Shown piece after piece: positions 39,424-50,576 of a stretch of DNA of 64,000 nt. The stretch spans positions 384,001 through 448,000 of the forward strand of contig CAVWIP010000008.1 in assembly GCA_963755125.1 (NCBI GenBank). Direction: 5' to 3'. The stretch comes from an uncultured delta proteobacterium (lineage in GTDB: Bacteria > Myxococcota_A > Polyangia > Fen-1088). Position 1 is the stretch's first letter. Every line of letters starts with the position of its first letter. The position numbers and the translations under genes are program-made. The notes beneath the pieces were generated by a model. That model saw only the letters and a list, made by a program, of their open reading frames with translations. It did not search any database and was not told where the DNA came from.

Positions 39424-39982
39424 CTGTCTCTATCCTCTCTGACCTTAGATCCTGGCCCCTCTGGCTTCTGGAAATGTCGTGAAAGCCGTCATCATCAGGA
39501 AAGCAATGACTGTGCCGGCCGGAAGGTTGCCGATGTCTGGCCGCGCGTTGCCTGCCTTCCATGTTATTGGCCGAGATGATTGGCCACACGTAGTTGCCGG
39601 CGGCGTGACGATGTCCCCGTTCGGTGCCGCGCACCCGACGAGAGATTACCACCCCGTAACAGCACTTCGTGCCTGTGCGATGAGTCCCGACACTTTCACT
39701 CTTTTACGGTGGCGCGGAATTTGCGTCGACTGGGGACGAATTGGGAGTCCCCATGCCTCCTCCTCTCCGGCTGATGCGTTTGCGCCTCCGCCCTCACGCC
39801 AGCAGAACCCGATCCCACCGTGTACCAAGAAGCGATCCGTGAACTACTGAGGCGTGGCGAAGACTACTTGCCACTTCTCGGTTCGAGGTCTATTCCTATG
39901 CTTGCTGCCACGCTGAGGCATCCTGAGCGACGTGCGCAGCTTCGAGCGGACTAAGGGACCATTCGATCAAGGAGGAGCGCAC

Positions 39983-40381
39983 ATGAAACGTGTCTTGGGG
40001 CTGTCGTTGGTTGTTATGGTCCTGACGTTCCTGGCAGCCTGCGATGAGGCCAGGCTCCGCATTGACCGGGTGGAGCCGGCCGAAGGCATCACAGCGGGCG
40101 GTGATCAGGTGAACATCCTCGGGGCCGGTCTGCAGCCGGGCAAGACAGGGGTCCGTGTTGCATTCGGCAGCCACGTGGCCGAGCAGGTCGTCATATCGTC
40201 CAAAGACAAGATCAACCTCGTCACTCCCAGCGGGGACAAGGGGCCGGTCGACGTGATCCTGGACTTCGACGATGGGCAGCGCTTCAAGATACCGGCGGGC
40301 TACCGCTACGTCGACCCGAAGGAGACCGAGGACCTGCGCAAGATGTTCTTCAACAAGCCGAGGGGTACTGAGAAGAAGTAG
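39983..40381 (+). CDS. IPT/TIG-domain lipoprotein
   Basis: LAAC lipobox, RIDRVEPAEG..AGGDQVNILG; AGGAGG RBS. Confidence 0.85.
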   Translation: MKRVLGLSLVVMVLTFLAACDEARLRIDRVEPAEGITAGGDQVNILGAGLQPGKTGVRVAFGSHVAEQVVISSKDKINLVTPSGDKGPVDVILDFDDGQRFKIPAGYRYVDPKETEDLRKMFFNKPRGTEKK

Positions 40382-40453
40382 CGGCTGAGCTACTGTGACG
40401 GGCTCACAGTCGGCATTCCTTGTCGTCAGGGATCGCAGTGGCCGTCTGAACCT

Positions 40454-40843
40454 ACGCCTGCCACTGCCCACAAATCTCTCCGCGATCTCGTTCATGTTGG
40501 GGGCTCGCACTGCGATCTTGATCACCTTCGTCCCGGCGCCCTTCGCCACACGGTCGAACGCGGAGCCGAACTTGTCGTCACGGTCGCGCAGGAGGAAACG
40601 CGGAGCATCGCCGTCCATGGTCGCATTCCGCAGTTGTTGTGCCGTCCACTCCTGCGTGGGATTCCGGGTGGCGGCAACGTGGACCACTCGTCTCGACGCG
40701 AGGTGGACGATGAAGAATGCGTACACTTGGCGGAAGAAGATGTCGTAGGTCTGCACAAAGTCACACGCCCAGATGTCCTCGGCATGATTTCTCAGAAACG
40801 TCGCCCACGTCTGTCCACGTCCCCTGCTGCGGACCCCGCGCAT
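40454..40843 (-). mobile_element. Internal 390-bp fragment of the rve IS
   Basis: Near-identical to 37072-37461. Confidence 0.92.
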
Positions 40844-41162
40844 AAGCCTGGCGCCATCCTTCGTCGCCCTCAGACCCAAGTGCGACTCCCTGGCCAGATA
40901 TGGTTGACTGCGCTGCCAAGATGTCCTCTTCGCTGCCGATCTTAAAGGGCGTATCTTCCAGTGCCGATTACGCCAACGCTGAGGACAGTCACCTTGCCGA
41001 TGCAGCTTATAACGCGATGGCAAGGCCGGAACCGGCTTGGTGTGTTGGTCCGTGGGCTAACCTAGAGTGGTGCGACCCCGATAAAATACGACCCGGAAGA
41101 ACGGTAGCGATGAAGACTGCTTTGCCACTCTTCTGAGCAAGATCAGCGCTTGTCGGTCGTGG

Positions 41163-41960
41163 TCAGCGATGGCCCCCACCGTGACCTCCGCCGTGCCCAC
41201 CACCCCCGCCGTGGAAACCGCCACCACCACCGCCGCGAAATCCGCCACCACCGCCGCGGAATCCAGCGTGGTAGCCGCCACCGCCGCCGCGATGGCCACC
41301 ACGGAAGCCGCTTCGATAGCCGGCCGCGCCGCCGCCGCGGAATCCAGCGTGGTAGCCGCCTGCACCGCGATAGCCAGCGCCCCAACCTGCTCCGCCGCGA
41401 AACCCACCACGGAACCCGCCGCCGTATCTACCGCGGTATCCGCCCCAACCGGAGCCAGCCCGATACAGGCCAGCGTACCAGCCAAAGCCCATAGGACCGC
41501 GGGGGCCGAAGTAAGGGTAGGCACCCCAGCCCCAAACCCACGGTGCCGCCAACCACATCCATCCGTGGCTGGGGTAGTACACATAGGAATAGGGGGATGC
41601 GTCGTTGGCCGTGCCTTCGTAGGTGTACTGGTTTCCGTAGGGCATCCAAATCCAGACGTACTGACTCGTGTAAACCCACTGGCCCCCACTTGCCGCCTGA
41701 ACTCCCCCCGCGGGCTGCTGCTGAACCTGAGGCTGCGGCTGGGCATGGGCTTGGGTTTGGACTGGTGGCGCCGGCGGCTGCTGCGGAGGCGGCGGAGGCT
41801 GCATATCAGGCGCCGGCGTGGGCGGTTGTGCCGCTTGGGGTGTGGCACCAGGGTTTGATATCTGGGTCGTCGAATCACCCACGGGGCTCATTTCCTGGGA
41901 TCGCGCAACGCCAAGTCCCAAGAGCAAGAGACAAAGGGAGACAGTCAGCGTGGTCTTCAT
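41163..41960 (-). CDS. Secreted Pro/Gln-rich protein with Trp/Tyr core and Gly/Arg-rich tail
   Basis: Signal peptide, GQWVYTSQY..WMPYG, repeated GGYHAGFRGGG. Confidence 0.8.
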   Translation of the reverse strand: MKTTLTVSLCLLLLGLGVARSQEMSPVGDSTTQISNPGATPQAAQPPTPAPDMQPPPPPQQPPAPPVQTQAHAQPQPQVQQQPAGGVQAASGGQWVYTSQYVWIWMPYGNQYTYEGTANDASPYSYVYYPSHGWMWLAAPWVWGWGAYPYFGPRGPMGFGWYAGLYRAGSGWGGYRGRYGGGFRGGFRGGAGWGAGYRGAGGYHAGFRGGGAAGYRSGFRGGHRGGGGGYHAGFRGGGGGFRGGGGGGFHGGGGGHGGGHGGGHR

Positions 41961-42307
41961 GACGTCACCTTGGAGTGAAACAGCCCTGGGCCGGTTTCTA
42001 TTCTACGACATGTCCGGGTGTCGTAGTGGTGCCCCACGTGCGATCGATCACGTGCTTCTGTTCTCCGGGGGACGGATTCGCTCGCCGACGGCGTGCTCGT
42101 CGTTGCCGAGGCCCAGAACCTCTCGCAGAAGAATGCGGACTACGTGCAGAAGCTCCGCGATATCGCATCACCCCAGGCCCGGATTTGGCGGCTCCAACTA
42201 GCACGGGGTCGCATATCGGTCCCGAAGGCCCAAGAAATCGGTCAAACGCGGGTCGCTCGGGCGACGTCACGATCCAGGGCACGTCGCCCTCGAACCAGGT
42301 GGAGTGC

Positions 42308-42935
42308 CTATCTCCACAAAGCACGCAGGTGCCCCGCGATGTCTACTCGGCTAGTGACTGCGGCATCGGACATTTCCTGCAAACGCTGTGTGGGCGCGAA
42401 CTGGTCGAAGTGGCCAAGCACGCTCTCAGGAAGAAACCGGCTGCGTGGAGTGTAGACATGGCGATCGCCGTGGCGGCTTTGCTGGCGGATGAAGAAGCGC
42501 AGCGGGTGGATCATGCACAGAGTGTTCTTGGCGCGGGTCATGGCTACGTAGAGCAGACGCCGCTCTTCCTCGATCTCGTCGGCGCGGCCAGTGGCTAGGT
42601 CGGATGGGATGCAACCGTCGGCCACACTGAGCACATAGACGGTGTCCCATTCCTGTCCCTTGGCGGAATGGATGGTCGACAGGATCAAGAAGTCCTCGTC
42701 GAGGTGAGGCGGGCCGGCCAGCGCGCCTGCACTCTCGGGTGGATCCAGGGTCAGGTCCGAGAGGAAGCGTTCGCGCGAGGGTGCAGCGTCGGCCAAGCGT
42801 TCGATCTGATCGAGATCCGCCAGGCGAGTGCGCGCGCTGTCATAGAGTCGTTCCAGATGCGGTTGGTAGAACCGGCGCACCCGGGCCAACTGCCCGGCGA
42901 ACCGGCTGCGGCCAAGGCCCGGAAGGCCGTGTGCA
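42308..42935 (-). pseudogene. C-terminal fragment of a UvrD/REP helicase
   Basis: STIHSAKGQEW and EEERRLLYVAMTRAK present; N-terminal motifs missing. Confidence 0.88.
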
Positions 42936-43049
42936 CGCCGAAAAACAAGAAGTCTCCATCCCGCGGGCGCTCGCCGAGGAGTCGCAGAGGTTCGTGCTGC
43001 GCAGTGAGGACCAATGATCTGGATTTGACAGCTTGGCCAGTTCCGATCA

Positions 43050-44774
43050 TTGATCGAGCGGAAACCTTCGCGGTATTTCCTCTTGGAATCGGTTCCTGCC
43101 AGCCACAACCCCGCAGCCACGGGTTCCAGCCTAGCCCCCGAGACATCTGACCACGCCTCTCATGGACAGGAGTGTTGGGTCACCGTGGTATTGGCGGTGC
43201 TGTTCGTGTCATGGGCGGCCCTCTTCATCAAGGGTACATCCATGGTGGATGCGAACGGCCACCGCTACTTCGCCCTGTACGATGACGCTATGATCTCGAT
43301 GCGCTACGCCTGGAACCTGACCCATGGACATGGGCTGGTTTTCAATCCCGGCGAGCGGGTCGAGGGCTACAGCAACCTGCGGTTGGTCTTGGTGATGACG
43401 GGCGCCACGGCGGTGTTCTCCAAGGCGTCCGCCACACTGTGCGTCCAGATCCTGGGCGTGGCCACCATGCTGGGTGTCGCGGCTGCCACCCGCAGCATTG
43501 CCTCGCTCGTCGCACAGGACGAGCCCGGCATACACCTACCCAGCGTGCGCGTGGTGGCATTGGCCAGCGTCCTGGCCTACTACCCGCTGGCATACTGGGC
43601 GTTGATGGGGATGGAAACAGCTCTGCTGACGCTGTTGCTGCTGGGGGGCGTTTACCACGTTCTGCGCTTCGAGTCCGATGAGCGGGGCCGGAGCCTGGTG
43701 CTGGCCGGCGGTTGTCTTGCGTTGGCATACCTAACCCGCAACGACAGCCTCGTCGTTTCGCTGGTGATGGGGGCCTACGCCCTGGTTCACATCGTCCGAC
43801 GTCGTCGGCTGGCCCAAAACGCCGGCCCCTTGGCGTTAGGCGCTGGCCTGCTGTTGGTCACCGTGGCTGGTCAGTGGTTGTGGCGCCGGGGCTATTACCA
43901 CTCCAATTGGCCCAATACATACACCCTCAGGATCCAGGGCGTGGGTCTCGTTTTCCGGGTGCTGGACGGCCTGCGCTTCATCCGCATGTTCCTTGTCGAG
44001 AGCATCGCGCTCTTGGCCCTGGCCGTCGGTGAACTCCTGTTCGGCGCTCGACGTCCGAAGCTGCTATTGGCGGTGCTTGCCCTGACTATTATTGTCTACC
44101 AGATTGAGATTGGGGGCGATTTCACCAGGTATTGGCGGTTCCTGTGTCCGGCCATCCCCTTCCTGTTCATCCTGGCGATCACGGGTGTCGCGGCTGTGGA
44201 AGCGGGCGTGGCGCGCACGTCAGCGTTCGCAGCATGTTTTCTACGGCGGCCCATGCTGGGGACGGCGAGCGTGCGCCTGTATCTGCTGGGCGTGTCCATG
44301 GGCCTGGTCCTGTACACGGTCGATTCTCGGTTCCTTCCCGAGATGACCTTCCATCAAGCCCCCGACACCATGGATGAAAACCTCGACGCCATCCGCGAGG
44401 CTCTGAGTTTGGACGAGATCCTGGCGCCCCAAGCCACCCTGGGCGTCTTCGCGGCGGGAGCGCTGTCCTACTACACGGGGCGAAGGTCCATCGACTTCCT
44501 CGGAAAGACAGATCCGCATATCGCGAGGTTGCCGCCGGACACCAGCGGGAAGGTCCATGCGTGGGGCATGAAGGGCGGACCGGCGCACAACAAGTACGAC
44601 CTCAACTACTCGATCCGCAAGTTGCAGCCGACTTATGTGGAGGGGTTCGCGTGGGGCAACCAGAACCTGTTCGACTGGGCGCCTTCGGCGTACGTCCAGG
44701 TCCCGTACAAGGGGCAGACCTTCTGGCTGCTGCGTGATTCCCCGTTGGTCTACTGGGACAAACTGGGAGGGTGA
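43050..44774 (+). CDS. GT-C-fold integral membrane glycosyltransferase (start uncertain)
   Basis: YDDAMISMRYAWNL..GLVFNPGERVEGYSN, GMET, multiple TM helices, IDFLGKTD. Confidence 0.85.
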   Translation: MIERKPSRYFLLESVPASHNPAATGSSLAPETSDHASHGQECWVTVVLAVLFVSWAALFIKGTSMVDANGHRYFALYDDAMISMRYAWNLTHGHGLVFNPGERVEGYSNLRLVLVMTGATAVFSKASATLCVQILGVATMLGVAAATRSIASLVAQDEPGIHLPSVRVVALASVLAYYPLAYWALMGMETALLTLLLLGGVYHVLRFESDERGRSLVLAGGCLALAYLTRNDSLVVSLVMGAYALVHIVRRRRLAQNAGPLALGAGLLLVTVAGQWLWRRGYYHSNWPNTYTLRIQGVGLVFRVLDGLRFIRMFLVESIALLALAVGELLFGARRPKLLLAVLALTIIVYQIEIGGDFTRYWRFLCPAIPFLFILAITGVAAVEAGVARTSAFAACFLRRPMLGTASVRLYLLGVSMGLVLYTVDSRFLPEMTFHQAPDTMDENLDAIREALSLDEILAPQATLGVFAAGALSYYTGRRSIDFLGKTDPHIARLPPDTSGKVHAWGMKGGPAHNKYDLNYSIRKLQPTYVEGFAWGNQNLFDWAPSAYVQVPYKGQTFWLLRDSPLVYWDKLGG

Positions 44775-44974
44775 GGCCATGGTGGCTGCCTCAACTCGTG
44801 CTACGAGACAGGCTACACGCGGGCTTTTTGCTATGCACTCTGACCCGAACCCTGCACGTCAGAGGCCTTTGCTGGGCGCAGAGGAGCCTGTGGAGAACAA
44901 GCCTTTCGGGTTGCGGAGGTGATGCGCTGGAACGCTTGAAGCCCTCCGTGAAACCCACATCGTGCTCAGCACAA

Positions 44975-45020
44975 GCGTGGTCGTAACCTGTGGCGCCAGT
45001 GGCTGTGACACCGACGGAAC
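44975..45020 (+). repeat. 46-bp exact copy of 62719-62764
   Basis: GCGTGGTCGTAACCTGTGGCGCCAGTGGCTGTGACACCGACGGAAC at both sites. Confidence 0.95.
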
Positions 45021-45387
45021 AGCCGAGCGTGAAGATAGTGCCGTTGATGGCGTTCGCTGGGATAGATGCGGTCCAGCCCGCATCTGCGCCCGTTGCGTTC
45101 TTGATTGTCATCGGGCTGCTCACCCCGGCCGAGGCAGTCGCACCGCAAGGGATGGCACTGAACACTATCGAGGTCGGCGTCACGGTGATCGGTTCAGCCG
45201 TCGTCGCAGTGCCCTTCATGGTCGCACTGGCAACTGGCAACTCATCAGGAGCCAGCCTGCCTCGGCGAATGACAATGGGGCAACTGGCAAGGTTGCCTGT
45301 CGCTCACGCCTCGGCGGGCTTCTGAACTATTACCAACGCAAGGCCGCATGAGGCTCGGCGACGAGTATTCGGACAGCACGGGGGTGG

Positions 45388-46383
45388 CTACTTGGAGCCG
45401 GTGCCGGCGGGTGCCGGACCGTCCTTGGTCGGAAGAACGGTGTTGATCCTGCCGTTCGCGTCGAACGTCAATTCGTCGATGCACACCGAGCGGCGGAAGG
45501 AGTTTCCATTCGACAGTTCGCTCGTGTGATAGAGGACATACCACTTGCCCTTGAACGGAACGACCGAGCCGTGTTGCGTGACGGAGGCGGCGTGCTCCAT
45601 CACTTTGCCGGCATAGGTGAACGGTCCCATCGGGTGATCGCCGATGGCATAGACCTGCGTGGCGGTGGATGCCCAGCCGTCGGAATACACGAAGTAGTAC
45701 TTCCCCGCCCGTTTGAAAACGAAGGGGGCCTCGCCGTAGCCTTCGGGCAAAACCGGGTCCTTGCCTGGCGCGGCCAAAGGGACCGGCTTTCCTTGCGCGT
45801 CCAGAAAGGCAACGGTCTGAAGCTCGCCAGCCAGCTCGGTGAGCGAGGGTTTGAGTTTCACGACCTTCGGCTGACGGCAACCAAAATACAGATAGGTTTG
45901 GCCGTCATCGTCCTGAAGCACGGCGGGATCGATTGGCTCCGGCCCCGCCTTCGTCGTCAGCGTGCCGTCGATGAGCGGCCTTCCGATGGCGTCCTTGAAC
46001 GGTCCTTCCGGTTTGTCGCCCACAGCCACGCCGATCTTGATGCGGTCCACGGGCAGGAAAAGGTAGTACTTGCCGCTCGCCTGCACGCAATCCGGTGCCC
46101 AAGCCCACCGGCTCGCCCACGCGAAATCCTTCACGCGAAAGATCGAGCCGTGATCTTTCCAGGTTTTCAAGTCGGTGGTTGAGAGCAAACGCCAGTCCAC
46201 CATGTCCCAGTAGGTGGCATCCGCCTCGTCGTGCGAGGTGTAGACGTAGAGCCGATCGCCAAAGACACGGCCGGTGGGGTCGGCGGTGTAGATGTTCTTG
46301 ACCAGCGGATTCGCGCCCCACGCGACAGTCGCGGCGAGTGAGCCGCAGAAAAGCAACGACAGACAGTATTTCAGGAATTTCAT
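45388..46383 (-). CDS. Secreted GH43 glycoside hydrolase
   Basis: YTADP..YTSHD, WAWAPD, IDPAV..DDDG, EAPFVFKR. Confidence 0.93.
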   Translation of the reverse strand: MKFLKYCLSLLFCGSLAATVAWGANPLVKNIYTADPTGRVFGDRLYVYTSHDEADATYWDMVDWRLLSTTDLKTWKDHGSIFRVKDFAWASRWAWAPDCVQASGKYYLFLPVDRIKIGVAVGDKPEGPFKDAIGRPLIDGTLTTKAGPEPIDPAVLQDDDGQTYLYFGCRQPKVVKLKPSLTELAGELQTVAFLDAQGKPVPLAAPGKDPVLPEGYGEAPFVFKRAGKYYFVYSDGWASTATQVYAIGDHPMGPFTYAGKVMEHAASVTQHGSVVPFKGKWYVLYHTSELSNGNSFRRSVCIDELTFDANGRINTVLPTKDGPAPAGTGSK

Positions 46384-46629
46384 AATGGGCGATGAAGCGT
46401 AGCCAAGCGAAAGAAGCGAAGCAAGCGGCCTGCAGCGCCGCCTCGACGCACGACCCCAGCCTGCGTATTCACTCTTGGTCGAAGTCGTCGAGCGGCATCG
46501 ACGCTCTGCCCGACACGCTGGCCGCCGACGACTCCGCCTTGACCCATGGTCTACGACTTCGATGGCAACTCTTGGCCCCACTGCCCGACCATGACGTGGC
46601 GCTACTGGCCGTCACGCCCAAGTTTGGTA

Positions 46630-46905
46630 GACAGAACCCAGTAATCCTGACGCCATCGCCATCGATACCACCAGCGTCCGCTGGACAGACAGCTCCGCCG
46701 GCACGGTGATGGAGGTCGCGCTGGCGGGAGGCACCCCCAGCACCCTCGCCTCGGGTCAGCTTGCTCCTGCTGGCATCGCGGTCGATGCCGACTACGTCTA
46801 CTAGACTGACAACGGAAGCAACGGCAGCGGCAATGGCACGGTGATGAAGGTTGCGCTGGCAGGAGGTGCTCCCGTCACTCTCGCCTCCGGTCAGAATGTT
46901 CCCAA
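46630..46905 (+). pseudogene. Myxobacterial beta-propeller repeat fragment
   Basis: Two IAVD..VYWTD..GTVMKV..GG.P.TLASGQ repeats; Trp replaced by TAG at 46802. Confidence 0.8.
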
Positions 46906-47001
46906 AGCTGCTCCATGGCCAAGGCCATTGTCTCACGCGCGGCGCACCCGCGCCTACGGATCCTTGTGCCGTCGTCGTCCCGACTCCATGATCCATGCAG
47001 C

Positions 47002-47150
47002 ATGCGCCTGATCGCGCCCAGCGCTTTCAAGGGAACCATGAGCCCCTTGCAGGCTGCTCAGTTCCTCGGCAGCCCTCGCGACCGCCTGCTCCCGCTCAGC
47101 GATGGAGGCGACGGCTTCATAGAGTGTCTACAGCAAGAGTTGGGCTGCGA
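47002..47150 (+). pseudogene. Glycerate kinase N-terminal fragment
   Basis: IAPSAFKGTMS..PLSDGGDG. Confidence 0.75.
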
Positions 47151-47262
47151 ACTCAGTCATGCCAGCCAGTGTTGTGATTCGCGCCACACGAGCATCGCGA
47201 AGGTTACCGTCGCCACAAGCAACGCGATGGCCCAACCGCCAGGACCACTTTGCAGCCCTTGC

Positions 47263-50200
47263 TCATGGCTCCGCTCCCACCAGCAGCGCCGCGCTTTCGC
47301 CCGCCAGCCCCACTGTCGCCGGGCCTTCCGTGACTTCCTTGCGACGCCACAGGTAGTAAATCGCTGGATAGACCAGCAGCTCCATCGCGAAAGACGTGAC
47401 TAGGCCGCCGACCATGGGCGCGGCAATGCGCTTCATCAAATCCGCACCCGTGCCGGCGGACCACATGATGGGTAGGAGGCCAATAAAGGCAGCGCACACG
47501 GTCATTGCCTTGGGTCGCACGCGCTTGACCGCACCGTGAATGATTGCTTCGACCAGATCGTTGGTGGTGCGCAAGTGCCCGCGCGCCTTGGCCTCGTCGT
47601 GCGCCAGGTCGAGAAAGAGCAGCATGAAGACGCCGGTCTCGGCGTCCAGGCCCATTAGCGCGATCATGCCGACCCACACCGCGATCGAGACGTTGTAGCC
47701 GAGCAGATAGAGCAACCAGATGGCGCCGACGGCAGAAAAGGGGACGGCCAGCATGACCACGCCAGCCTTGAAGCTGGACTTGGTGTTCAGGTAGAGCAGT
47801 CCGAAGATGAGCACCAGGGTGACGGGCAGGATCAGCTTCAGCCTCTCCTTCACCCGCAGCATGTTCTCGTATTGCCCGCTCCATGACAGGGTATAGCCGG
47901 TGGGCGGCTTCACCCCGGCGGTCACTACCTGCTTGGCGCGCTCTACGTAGCGGCCTACGTCGATTTTCGAGGTATCGAAGTCGACGTACACGTAGCCCGA
48001 GAGCAACCCGTTCTCGTCGCGGATCATGGACGGCCCTTCGACCAGTTTGACCTCCGCGATCTCCGCCATCGGGATCTGGCCCTGGCCGCTTGGCAAAGGC
48101 AGCAGCACCCGCCCGAGCGCGTCGACGTCGTCACGGAAGTCGCGGGCGTAACGGACATTCACGCCATAGCGCTGGCGGCCTTCGATGGTGGTGGTCTGGT
48201 TGTCGCCGCCAACTGCCGTCATCACCATCATGTTGGCGTCGTCGATGGACAGGCCGTAGCGCGCAAGCCTGTCTCGATCGAGCACGAAGTCGAGGAAGTA
48301 CCCACCGGCGACACGTTCGGCAAACACGCTGCGAGTCTCGGGCATCTTCTGGATGGCGGACTCAACCTCCAGGCCCACCTTCTGGATCACGCCCAGGTCC
48401 GCACCGCTGATCTTGATTCCTATGGGCGTACGAATGCCGGTCGATAGCATGTCCAGACGGCCCTTGATGGGCATGGTCCAGGCGTTGCTGATCCCGGGCA
48501 GGCGCAAGGCCGCGTCCAACTCCGCAATCAGCTCGCTCTCGGTAATCCGATCGCGCCACGCGGTCCGCAACACGCGCTTGAGCCACTCCGGCGCCCAGCC
48601 CGAGTACCAACGCGGCTTCTCACGCCACTGCAACTCAGGCTTGAGCAGGATGGTGGTCTCCATCATTGTGAACGGCGCCGGATCGGTCGAAGTGCCGGCG
48701 CGGCCCGCCTTGCCGAAGACTCGGTCGATTTCCGAGAAGCCCATCAGGATCTTGTCCTGCACTTGCAGGGCCTTTTGGGCCTCAGCCACTGACATGCCCG
48801 GCTGCACAGCCGAGGGCATGTAGAGCAGCGAGCCCTCGCGAAGGGGTGGCATGAATTCCGAGCCAAGCTTGAAATAGATGGGCAAGGTCAGCGCGACGAC
48901 GGCTACGCTGGCGATCACCGTGGTCTTGGCGTGACGGACTACGAATCGGCATGGCCCTTCGTAAATGCGGTGCAAGAGGTGGCTGATGGGGTGCCGTTCC
49001 TCGGAGAAGTACTTGCCTACCACGATCTGGCTGGCCAACCAGGCGAGCGGTCGCGGCCTAAATCGGAAGGGCTCGATCCGCGCGAACAGCATGCGCATCG
49101 CCGGGTCCAGGGTGATGGCAAGGAGCGCAGCGATGGCCATGGCCAGGTTCTTCGAGTAGGCGAGCGGTTTGAATAGGCGCCCTTCCTGGTCGACCAGCGT
49201 GAATACCGGCATGAAGGCCACCGCGATGACCAGCAATGAGAAGAAGACCGATGGCCCCACTTCTATTAACGCGTCCAGGCGCACGTGATGGAAGTCGCCC
49301 TTCTTGCCGGCCGCTTGCCAGAGGTAGATTTTGTTGTAGGCGTTCTCCACTTCGACGATGGCGCCGTCCACCAGCACGCCAATCGAGATCGCGATCCCGG
49401 CCAGCGACATCAAATTCGCGCTCAGCCCCATCAAGTACATGGGGATGAAAGCCAGCACCACGCTGATCGGGATAGTCAGGATGGGCACGATGGCTGATGG
49501 GATGTGCCACAGGAAGAGCAGGATGATGAGCGAGACCACGATGATCTCCTCGATCAGCTTGTCGGTGACCGTGCTGATCGCGCGCCCGATGAGATCGGAG
49601 CGATCATAGATCGTGATCACCTCGATTCCCTCCGGCAGCGATGGCTTCAGCTCATCCAGCTTGGCCTTCACACGCTCGATCACGTGCAGGGCGTTTTCCC
49701 CTTGGCGCATAACCACGATGCCGCCCACCACGTCGCCTTGACCGTTGTAGTCGGCGATGCCCCGTCTCATCTCCGGACCGAGGGCCACGGTGGCGACATC
49801 CTTGACCGTGATCGGGGTGCCGTTCTCGGTCTTGAGCACCAGCTTCTCCAGATCGCCGAGCGACTTTACGTAGCCCCGGCCGCGCACCATGTACTCGCGG
49901 CCTGACAGTTCGACTAGGCGGCCGCCCACGTCGTTGTTCCCCTTGCGCACGGCCTCGATCACCGCCTCCAGTGGCAGATTGTAGGCCGCGAGAGCATCCG
50001 GCCGCACCGTCACCTGGTACTGGCGGACTTGACCACCCACGGTAGCTACCTCGGCGACGCCCGGCACGCTCTGCACAGCGTAGCGCATGAACCAGTCTTG
50101 ATGGCTGCGCAACTCATCGCTGGCGTGCTTGCCACTCCGGTCCACGAGAGCGTACTGGAAGACCCATCCCAGGCTGGTGGCGTCCGGACCGAGTTCGGTC

Positions 50201-50574
50201 TTCACGCCCGCAGGAAGCTGCGACGCGATCTTGGACAGGTATTCGAGAACTCGGGTGCGCGCCCAGTAGATGTCGGTGCCGTCCTCGAAGATGACGTAGA
50301 CGTAGCTAAAGCCAAAGTCAGAGTAGCCACGGATGGTCTTGACCTTGGGCGCACCCAGCAGAGCGGTGATGATCGGATAGGAGACCTGATCCTCGATGAT
50401 GTCTGGGCTGCGATCCCAGCGCGAGTACACGATGACCTGGGTGTCCGACAGGTCTGGCAGGGCATCGAGCGGGATGTTGCGCATGGTCCAGTACGCGATG
50501 GCGACTGCGACCAGCGTACCGGCAATGACCAGGTACTTGTTCTCGGCGGAGAAGCGGATGATCCGCTTGAGCAC
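47263..50574 (-). CDS. cusA: CusA/SilA heavy-metal RND permease
   Basis: LDALPDLSDTQV, GSEFMPPL.EG, KRVRPK.MT, MKRIAAPMVGG. Confidence 0.96.
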   Translation of the reverse strand: MLKRIIRFSAENKYLVIAGTLVAVAIAYWTMRNIPLDALPDLSDTQVIVYSRWDRSPDIIEDQVSYPIITALLGAPKVKTIRGYSDFGFSYVYVIFEDGTDIYWARTRVLEYLSKIASQLPAGVKTELGPDATSLGWVFQYALVDRSGKHASDELRSHQDWFMRYAVQSVPGVAEVATVGGQVRQYQVTVRPDALAAYNLPLEAVIEAVRKGNNDVGGRLVELSGREYMVRGRGYVKSLGDLEKLVLKTENGTPITVKDVATVALGPEMRRGIADYNGQGDVVGGIVVMRQGENALHVIERVKAKLDELKPSLPEGIEVITIYDRSDLIGRAISTVTDKLIEEIIVVSLIILLFLWHIPSAIVPILTIPISVVLAFIPMYLMGLSANLMSLAGIAISIGVLVDGAIVEVENAYNKIYLWQAAGKKGDFHHVRLDALIEVGPSVFFSLLVIAVAFMPVFTLVDQEGRLFKPLAYSKNLAMAIAALLAITLDPAMRMLFARIEPFRFRPRPLAWLASQIVVGKYFSEERHPISHLLHRIYEGPCRFVVRHAKTTVIASVAVVALTLPIYFKLGSEFMPPLREGSLLYMPSAVQPGMSVAEAQKALQVQDKILMGFSEIDRVFGKAGRAGTSTDPAPFTMMETTILLKPELQWREKPRWYSGWAPEWLKRVLRTAWRDRITESELIAELDAALRLPGISNAWTMPIKGRLDMLSTGIRTPIGIKISGADLGVIQKVGLEVESAIQKMPETRSVFAERVAGGYFLDFVLDRDRLARYGLSIDDANMMVMTAVGGDNQTTTIEGRQRYGVNVRYARDFRDDVDALGRVLLPLPSGQGQIPMAEIAEVKLVEGPSMIRDENGLLSGYVYVDFDTSKIDVGRYVERAKQVVTAGVKPPTGYTLSWSGQYENMLRVKERLKLILPVTLVLIFGLLYLNTKSSFKAGVVMLAVPFSAVGAIWLLYLLGYNVSIAVWVGMIALMGLDAETGVFMLLFLDLAHDEAKARGHLRTTNDLVEAIIHGAVKRVRPKAMTVCAAFIGLLPIMWSAGTGADLMKRIAAPMVGGLVTSFAMELLVYPAIYYLWRRKEVTEGPATVGLAGESAALLVGAEP

Positions 50575-50576
50575 CG

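Noticed and set aside
41163..41460. GC-rich tandem repeats as a non-coding array
   Set aside because: Explained by the Gly/Arg-rich protein tail.
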